From NCBI GenBank assembly GCA_937897365.1, contig CALCOP010000126.1:1-49091 (forward strand): DNA of 49,091 bases, in the 5' to 3' direction. Shown piece after piece: positions 43,384 to 49,091 of the stretch (the first letter of the stretch is position 1; every line of letters begins with the position of its first letter). The notes below the pieces were generated by a model that worked only from the letters and a program-made list of their open reading frames with translations, did not search any database and was not told the DNA's origin. The DNA is from an uncultured euryarchaeote. Lineage in GTDB: Archaea; Thermoplasmatota; Poseidoniia; Poseidoniales; Poseidoniaceae. Position numbers and translations under genes: made by a program.

Positions 43384-44613
43384 TTACTCTTCCTCAATTC
43401 CTTCACTGAGGTCTCTTGGCACCCGTATCTCTTGTGTGATTACCTCAGGTTCTACAAGCGTCTTCGGTAAGTTCCTTGCCACTTCCAACTCTTCTAATTT
43501 TTTCCCTTGTGGTATGACATTACGCTCCCAAGAACCTACTGCCTTATTGTAGAACTCAGTTGCCTTGTCAAGCCGTTTTCCAACTTCTGCGAAATGATTA
43601 CTCCAAGTCGCCATACGAAGATAAAATTCTTGGGCAACAGATACGACCTCAGCAGCCTCTTCAGCAAAGCGAACTTGTTGCCAATACAGCGCTGCAGTCT
43701 TCAACAATGCAATCATTGATGCAGGACCAGCAATGATGACGCCGCGCTCCATAGCATGAGCATGTAGTTCCGGATCGACTTCAAATGCTGAAGAGATGAG
43801 TGCTTCTGACGGCACGAACATGACGACGAACTCTGCACGACCACTGACACCGCTAAGGTAATCTTTGCGCGTGAGTTCTGTAACGCGCCCACGCAATGCT
43901 TTCGCATGTAACGCAACCTTAGCAGCAGATGCAGCAGCGTCCTGTTCCTCAAGAGATTCAAGATAATGCTTCGCAGTCGTCTTGGCATCAATAGGTATTG
44001 CTCCATCTCCAGGAAGTCGTACGACAAAATCAGGTCGGCCGCCACCTTCGATTCCCTTTTGTTCAAGGAAATCTGTGTTTTTGGTCATACCTGCCATCTC
44101 AAGCAGATTACGAAGGGCGACTTCACCCCAATCTCCTCGGACGCTTGAACTCTTTCGGAGTGCAGTTGAGAGAGAGTTCGCTTCGGTCCCGAGCCGTTCA
44201 GTATTCGCTTCAAGAATTTGCATATGACGTTTCATTCCAGCGTATGCATCAATTCGTTCCTTCTCCATTTTCTTCGACATTTCATCAAGATTTGCAAGGG
44301 ATTCAGTCATTGGTTTTATGATACCCTCCATTTCCTTTTTACGAGCATCATGATCTTTTGCGGCTTCAGATTCCACCTTTCCAAGTCGTTCTTCAGCCAA
44401 GCGAAGGAAGTCTTCTGAGTTTTGACGAGCCACATTTGAAGCGACACTTTGCATTTCTGCCAACATCGACTCCTTGCTTTGAGAGATAGCCGAAACCTGA
44501 GCCTCAGCTCGAATCACGTCACTGCCATAACGATTCTTGGCTAAGAGCCAACCAATTCCAATTCCCAAAGCGGCACCAAGTATCATCAATCCGTATTCAG
44601 CCATTCCCGCCAT
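43384..44613 (-). CDS. rmuC: DNA recombination protein RmuC-like (N-terminal TM, coiled coil, C-terminal nuclease-like domain)
   Basis: TM helix GLMILGAALGIGIGWLLA, a long coiled coil, then GDWGEVALRNLLEMAGM...RPDFVVRLPGDGAIPIDAKT...FVVMFVPSEA, as in RmuC. The ORF track begins at TTG 44673, abutting the rpl15e stop. The first ATGs are at 44613 and 44604. Confidence 0.75.
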   Translation of the reverse strand: MAGMAEYGLMILGAALGIGIGWLLAKNRYGSDVIRAEAQVSAISQSKESMLAEMQSVASNVARQNSEDFLRLAEERLGKVESEAAKDHDARKKEMEGIIKPMTESLANLDEMSKKMEKERIDAYAGMKRHMQILEANTERLGTEANSLSTALRKSSSVRGDWGEVALRNLLEMAGMTKNTDFLEQKGIEGGGRPDFVVRLPGDGAIPIDAKTTAKHYLESLEEQDAAASAAKVALHAKALRGRVTELTRKDYLSGVSGRAEFVVMFVPSEALISSAFEVDPELHAHAMERGVIIAGPASMIALLKTAALYWQQVRFAEEAAEVVSVAQEFYLRMATWSNHFAEVGKRLDKATEFYNKAVGSWERNVIPQGKKLEELEVARNLPKTLVEPEVITQEIRVPRDLSEGIEEE

Positions 44614-44673
44614 GTCATCAACAAAACGTCGACACTTCTTGAAGACATTGGCAGGATTTGAGCGAGGGCCCAA

Positions 44674-45276
44674 TCACTTTCCACGGTTGAGGTTTGCCTT
44701 GAGGGAAGGGCGCAACTTCTCTGCACCCTTACCCTTGTTGTGCAATCCACGGCCTCGCTTTCCAGCTGAGGTTTTTCCACGGTATGCGCGTCCACGGTGG
44801 GACTTGTTTCCATTCGCAGCACTGAACACACCGAGTTGCTTGTCTGCAATGATAGCAGGGTGGTGTGTGTCAATCATGATAACTTCGTAGAACTTGTGCT
44901 TTCCGTCTTGTCCGACCCAATACGAGTTGAGAACTTCCAGGTTCGGGAAATGGCGAGCAACACGCTCTTCAGCCATTCGCTGTGTATTCTTTGCCATGGT
45001 GATTTTCTTGATACCTGCCTTACTTGGCTTACGCTTCATGTGAATCTTACCCTTGCGCAATCCACCACGGCGGATTCGGGTTCGAATGAGAACGACACCT
45101 TGCTTGGCTTTGTAACCCATGCGTCGAGCAGCATCGATTCGAGTAGGACGGTCAATCTTGCAGTTGACCGGTTCGCGACGCCATTGTGCGAGACGTGTCT
45201 GGCGGAACATGTGAGGCAGTGCATCCTTTGGTTGCTTCCAAGTTTCACGAACATGTTGATACAATCCTCGAGCCAT
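44674..45276 (-). CDS. rpl15e: 50S ribosomal protein eL15 (L15e)
   Basis: MARGLYQHVRETWKQPKD...LAQWRREP...RPTRIDAARRMGYKAKQGVVLIRTRIRRGG...NSYWVGQDGKHKFYEVIMID is unmistakably L15e. ATG at 45276. Confidence 0.9.
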   Translation of the reverse strand: MARGLYQHVRETWKQPKDALPHMFRQTRLAQWRREPVNCKIDRPTRIDAARRMGYKAKQGVVLIRTRIRRGGLRKGKIHMKRKPSKAGIKKITMAKNTQRMAEERVARHFPNLEVLNSYWVGQDGKHKFYEVIMIDTHHPAIIADKQLGVFSAANGNKSHRGRAYRGKTSAGKRGRGLHNKGKGAEKLRPSLKANLNRGK

Positions 45277-45400
45277 GATGAACACCTGCGCTTCTCAGCG
45301 TCTTGGCGACTTAACTCCCCTTTATGAGTCTGCCCACGCGTCAACTGCCATCAATCGAGATGTAAAACGCGTGCTGCTGTCGTATTTTCATACGCCAAAA

Positions 45401-45772
45401 TCATTCAATTGGTAAGCCTTCAGATTGTATTCCGCGCCAGCCACCCCACAACGAATATACGTTTACATACCCCATTTCTTGAAGTGATTTTGCTGCAATC
45501 GCACTTCGATAACCGCCGCCGCAATACAGAACGACGGGGGTGTCTTCAGCGATCTCATGTTTCTCAATATCTCGTTCAAGCACGCCTTTTCCAATATGAA
45601 TCGAACCAACCAAATGACCTGCTTCAAATTCATGTCGTTCCCGTACATCCAAGACCACTGGAGGATTTTCGTGACTCATCATTGCCTTAAGTTCGGCTGC
45701 ATCGCATTCAGAAACGGCTGAACGTGCGGCTTCAACAAGAGCTAAAAATTTCGGGCTGTGACTTTTCGCCAT
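45401..45772 (-). CDS. Single-domain rhodanese (sulfurtransferase)
   Basis: VVLDVRERHEFEAGHLVGSIHI and the active-site loop VLYCGGGYRSAIAA. Confidence 0.85.
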   Translation of the reverse strand: MAKSHSPKFLALVEAARSAVSECDAAELKAMMSHENPPVVLDVRERHEFEAGHLVGSIHIGKGVLERDIEKHEIAEDTPVVLYCGGGYRSAIAAKSLQEMGYVNVYSLWGGWRGIQSEGLPIE

Positions 45773-45822
45773 GGTATTGCCAGTGCGGATAGCCTCATGA
45801 GTACTGCGGAACAGGCTCCTTC

Positions 45823-46530
45823 ATGGCAGAGCAGATTACTGGTCGGGATGCCGTACTTGCCGCACTCCTCGCTGAAGAACCGATAGAGATGGTTTTGGTC
45901 GACCGAGAGAAGGATACTTCTGATATTCGAGAACTGTGTAAAAATCAAGATATCCTCTTAGAAGAAGGGTCAACTAATGATCTATGGCGAATGTCCGCAG
46001 ATGGATTTGTTGATGCTTTGGCTATGACTGGACGTATTCCGAATGGTAACCTGAATCAAGTTCTTGAAAGAGGAGGAACGATATGGTTCTTTGATGGGGT
46101 CACGTACTCCACAAATCTTGGTTTTGCAATTCGATGTGCAGAGGTTTCCGGGGCAGATGCTGTCGTTCTCAATGTCGAAAAAACACATGAAGAGCGAAGG
46201 ACGATTCGCCGCTCAAGTATGCGTGCTGACCGATTTATTCCAGTTGTGTACAGTACGACTGAAGAAATACTCAAAGTGGCAAAAGCAAATGGTGTTCGAA
46301 TTATTGCTGTTGAAGATATTGGAACTCACGAACCGTGGAATGAAGATCTCACTGGTGATGTGATGCTTGTTGTCGGAGCAGAAAAAGAAGGGGTGAGTGA
46401 GCAAGTTCTTGCCGCAGCAGATGCTTGCGTGCTTCTTCCAATGGATGGATTTGTACCTTCATACAATCTTCAAGTTGCTGTTAGTGTCGTTGCAGTTGAA
46501 GCATTAAGACAACGTAATCTAAAGAAATGA
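45823..46530 (+). CDS. TrmH/SpoU-family RNA 2'-O-methyltransferase
   Basis: SPOUT C-terminal motifs LVVGAEKEGVSEQVL...LLPMDGFVPSYNLQVAVSVVAVEAL, and NLGFAIRCAEVSGADAV. Confidence 0.8.
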   Translation: MAEQITGRDAVLAALLAEEPIEMVLVDREKDTSDIRELCKNQDILLEEGSTNDLWRMSADGFVDALAMTGRIPNGNLNQVLERGGTIWFFDGVTYSTNLGFAIRCAEVSGADAVVLNVEKTHEERRTIRRSSMRADRFIPVVYSTTEEILKVAKANGVRIIAVEDIGTHEPWNEDLTGDVMLVVGAEKEGVSEQVLAAADACVLLPMDGFVPSYNLQVAVSVVAVEALRQRNLKK

Positions 46531-46545
46531 AGATGAAAATCAATA

Positions 46546-48087
46546 TCATATCTTGTGTTTGGCATTTATTTTCTCAATAGAACGTCGTGCTGAATCTTTA
46601 ACTCCAAATGAAATGTCATGACCGACTTGAACCAAATAAGACAGAGCAGCAATTCGACCAGTTTCACCAAGATATTCTGCAGCATTACGACGAACGTAAC
46701 GCGATTCATGGGTGAGAAGATAAGAACCAATCAGTTCAATGGCTTCAACAGAATGAGTCATTGAGAGAGATTGCAATCCACGAACGATGAGCGTGTTTCG
46801 CTCCCCTTCGATGAGCGATTTAATGAGAGGAGTTTGATTGAATCCGTGAGACCTTCCTAAAGCCTTGACTAAATCAAGTTGCACTTCTCGCATTTCGACC
46901 AACTTTTTCGCATAAGGCTCAAACCACGGACCGAACGATGGAATGCATTGCAGTAAGGCGCGAAGTACGTGGCGATTATCATTTTCGAAGCACTGAATGA
47001 GTGCCTGCTCGGTTTCTTTACAGTCTGAATCACGCAAAGCTCGAATTGCTGAAACAACAAGTTCGGAAGTCTCGCTTTGCAAAAATGGTCCGAGAAGTTC
47101 CAGCTTCTTTGAAACTGGAAGAGAAAGATGTCCAAGATGGTTGATTGCTATCATACATAGAGATGAATCCTCAAGAAGTGGTGAGATATAATCGCCCTTT
47201 TTTTGGTCGGAAAAAGAGAAACTGCGGATGCGCGTGAGAACACGGTTGACGACCACCGAATCCTCATCATACCGCATCGGCAGAAGTCTCTCAAGCGTGA
47301 ATTGTTCAGACCGTTGTGCGTAATGCATCACCGCCCATGAGCGAATAAGTGTGCAGGTATGGGAAAGTGCGTTCTCGATATGAACCATTGAATACAGGTC
47401 TGGGTTTCTGTGCAGTTGCTCATCCGCCCATGTAGATGGTTGAATTGGGTCTTCAATAAGGTGGAAAAGTATCCAGCGAAGCGTGTTTGGTTGTCGATGT
47501 GGGCACAATCGCTTGGCATGATGAAGCCACTGCTCCTCAGGTGCTGCCGTGAAAAATTCACGAGCCTCAAGATCAGTTATCGTGAACATGGCGTCCTCTA
47601 AAGGAGGTTGACGGCCGAATCGACCTGGCTGGACAACAGGAAGGTTTTGTATTTGTTCAGCAGTAAGTATTTGATGAAGAGTATCGGGGACATATGAAGG
47701 AATAAAATCCTCACTTCCGAGAAGTAAAACCATGCTCGCAATCATATCTGTATGCAGTGGAATAGGACGAATATGACGATTAAAACGAACACATGCGTCG
47801 GCCTTGTTGAGTTGAATAGGAAGGTGTTTTGAAAGAAATCGTGACTCAAGACCGAGATCAAGACGCGCTGCCTCAAGTGGGAAAAGCTCCAGCCTTTGTC
47901 CGTTGATTATTTGACATAGAGAAATTCGTTCTCCAATTTTATGAATCGACCAGAGGCTTCCTAAAGCAATCGCTTCGCACCAATCAAGAGCACGAACAAC
48001 CGCATCAACACGTTCTTTCTTGATTCCACTTGGTGGATGCAGTGGGCCAAACGGCGTTTTCAGAATCACACCAGCAGAAGGATTCAA
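46546..48087 (-). CDS. Hypothetical protein with C-terminal HEAT/PBS-lyase-like repeats
   Basis: The C-terminal third has repeated helical pairs (VVSAIRALRDSDCKETEQALI, NDNRHVLRALLQCI, SRYVRRNAAEYLGETG). The N-terminal ~300 aa are unrecognised. Start is uncertain (TTG 48087 or GTG 48069; first ATG far downstream). Confidence 0.5.
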   Translation of the reverse strand: MNPSAGVILKTPFGPLHPPSGIKKERVDAVVRALDWCEAIALGSLWSIHKIGERISLCQIINGQRLELFPLEAARLDLGLESRFLSKHLPIQLNKADACVRFNRHIRPIPLHTDMIASMVLLLGSEDFIPSYVPDTLHQILTAEQIQNLPVVQPGRFGRQPPLEDAMFTITDLEAREFFTAAPEEQWLHHAKRLCPHRQPNTLRWILFHLIEDPIQPSTWADEQLHRNPDLYSMVHIENALSHTCTLIRSWAVMHYAQRSEQFTLERLLPMRYDEDSVVVNRVLTRIRSFSFSDQKKGDYISPLLEDSSLCMIAINHLGHLSLPVSKKLELLGPFLQSETSELVVSAIRALRDSDCKETEQALIQCFENDNRHVLRALLQCIPSFGPWFEPYAKKLVEMREVQLDLVKALGRSHGFNQTPLIKSLIEGERNTLIVRGLQSLSMTHSVEAIELIGSYLLTHESRYVRRNAAEYLGETGRIAALSYLVQVGHDISFGVKDSARRSIEKINAKHKI

Positions 48088-48181
48088 CCCTTAATAAGTC
48101 AAGAAAGTCCAGTAAAATAGAGTTGTCGTGCGGGTGCACGAGATGTAAGAAGCCATAAACTGGAAGCGAGGGGATTCATCC

Positions 48182-48790
48182 ATGTCAAAACCTCATACCC
48201 GACTTGCAAAAGTCATTCATTGGAGTTTTGTCGTTCTCTATGCCTATGGCATATTCAAACAAGTCGACGATTTATCACAATTAGAAGACAGGGGTTTACT
48301 TCTTTTCGAAGTTGCCTTTGCCACTTTATTTCTCGTCATTGTACTCATGAGATACTCCTACATGAGACGATTTGATACATTCCAGGGTGCACGTGAACCC
48401 GTCCCAAAAGTTCACACATATTTTGCTAAGGCAGTTCATTTCTCGATGTATGCATGCTTCATTCTTCTTCCGCTGACTGGACTGGCGATTGCTGGATTGT
48501 ATACGCAAGGATATACGGAAAATGCAACACCTGATGAAGTTGGAAACATCATGGATGTCGTCTTGGATTTGCATGGAACCGCAGCAGACCTCAGTTATTT
48601 CCTCATCGTATTGCATATTTCTGCAGCTCTCTGGTCTCGATTGAAAGGTGAAGGGGTCTGGAGTTCAATGGTGCCAATCTTACAGGAAAAAGAGCCTTCA
48701 AAAAATAAAATAGTTACTAAAATTTCCACATTCGAAGACAAGTTTTACAATCGAGTTGAGAACTTTTTTGCAACAAAAGAGAAGAATTGA
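48182..48790 (+). CDS. Cytochrome b561 / Ni-Fe-hydrogenase b-type cytochrome family membrane protein
   Basis: RLAKVIHWSFVVLYAYG, AKAVHFSMYACFILLPLTG and LHGTAADLSYFLIVLHISAALW form a four-helix layout with conserved His pairs. GAGG lies ~10 nt upstream of the ATG. Confidence 0.65.
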   Translation: MSKPHTRLAKVIHWSFVVLYAYGIFKQVDDLSQLEDRGLLLFEVAFATLFLVIVLMRYSYMRRFDTFQGAREPVPKVHTYFAKAVHFSMYACFILLPLTGLAIAGLYTQGYTENATPDEVGNIMDVVLDLHGTAADLSYFLIVLHISAALWSRLKGEGVWSSMVPILQEKEPSKNKIVTKISTFEDKFYNRVENFFATKEKN

Positions 48791-48823
48791 TGCCGTGGTA
48801 AAGAGATTTGGCGAGTGGAATAG

Positions 48824-48838
48824 CCTCTCAAGGAGAGG
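48824..48838 (+). terminator. Short hairpin downstream of the cytochrome b561 gene
   Basis: CCTCTC-AAG-GAGAGG, 34 nt after the stop, followed by GGGTTTCGG. The T-run is weak. Confidence 0.2.
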
Positions 48839-48892
48839 GGGTTTCGGCAGCACCGGCAAACTACTTATTACCCCTTTGTAGAACGTTCTTTT

Positions 48893-49091
48893 ATGGCGAA
48901 AAGTCAAACTGGTGATGAGGAAATAAACCGTTCTAAAAGTGGCAGTTATGACCCAAAAACACCTGCTATGAAGTCGTGGAAAAAGAGATACCTCGTCAAC
49001 GAAAAACCGAAAATTAAGAAAGAGGCGGAGAAAGAAGTGAAGAAAGAAGTACTTCCTAAAAAAGAAGAACAGACTGCAATCGAACAGTTCA
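48893..49091 (+). CDS. 5' fragment of a Lys/Glu-rich protein (runs off the window)
   Basis: ATG 48893 opens a frame with no stop before the window end (MAKSQTGDEEINRSKSGSYDPKTPAMKSWKKRYLVNEKPKIKKEAEKEVKKEV...). It is not in the ORF track because it is open-ended. No recognisable domain. Confidence 0.3.
   Translation, partial: MAKSQTGDEEINRSKSGSYDPKTPAMKSWKKRYLVNEKPKIKKEAEKEVKKEVLPKKEEQTAIEQF

Noticed and set aside
43131-43406. 91-aa minus-strand ORF between the PRC-barrel gene and rmuC
   Set aside because: The overlapping plus-strand ORF 43153-43383 has an ATG start and the DUF2892 pattern (two TM helices, GWC...GFNT end). The minus-strand product is a Pro/Ala-rich sequence with no features.
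44797-45327. 176-aa plus-strand ORF and 102-aa minus-strand ORF overlapping rpl15e
   Set aside because: They are antisense or alternate-frame to an unmistakable L15e coding sequence and have no motifs.
1-49091. CRISPR array or further cas genes that would partner the Cas4-like nuclease; also transposases, integrases and tRNA/rRNA genes
   Set aside because: I saw no regularly spaced direct repeats, no Cas1/Cas2-like ORFs and no transposase or integrase motifs. All non-coding gaps are 180 bp or shorter and lack tRNA-like cloverleaf potential. This is by-eye inspection only, so a repeat finder and tRNAscan should confirm it.

Overview
The window is archaeal chromosomal DNA. It carries ribosomal proteins uS2 and eL15, aIF1A, a Rio1 kinase, a Dim2/Pno1-like KH protein, RNase Z, and an 11-subunit nuoABCDHIJKLMN operon that lacks nuoEFG and has a split nuoJ. 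The acidic proteome and the many giant secreted CARDB, NEW3 and PKD proteins suggest an uncultured marine Thermoplasmatota lineage (Marine Group II/III-like). That placement is inference only. About 95% of the window is coding. By eye I found no rRNA, tRNA, CRISPR array, transposase or integrase. Layout: 37-4600 holds two wHTH regulators, Dus, an FkbM methyltransferase and rps2. 4758-5936 holds a Cas4-family nuclease interrupted by four transmembrane helices. 5937-11441 holds a divergent pair of large surface proteins. 11467-13920 holds KH, Rio1 and aIF1A. 14026-25949 is the nuo operon. 26070-41606 is a co-directional five-gene cell-surface module: a PKD protein, a 1567-aa orphan giant, a small membrane protein, a 1514-aa membrane-anchored S8 protease and a 975-aa NEW3-repeat protein. 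41628-49091 holds RNase Z, a PRC-barrel protein, DUF2892, RmuC, rpl15e, rhodanese, TrmH, a HEAT-repeat protein and cytochrome b561. The leads I rate highest are: (1) three unrelated giant ectoproteins share the same plan of signal peptide, ectodomain, one TM helix and a cytoplasmic tail ending in CxxC...CxxC zinc ribbons; (2) the orphan membrane-embedded Cas4-like Fe-S nuclease; (3) an aIF1A with a ~100-aa polyacidic tail carrying repeated acidic-[FL]-F/G motifs and ending in LESLFG, which resembles the ribosomal stalk aP1 C-terminus; (4) lineage-specific insertions in NuoL (His/Asp-rich loop), NuoI (~80-aa insert between the two 4Fe-4S motifs plus a Lys/Ala tail) and NuoH. All family calls come from motif recognition by eye, and no database searches were run.
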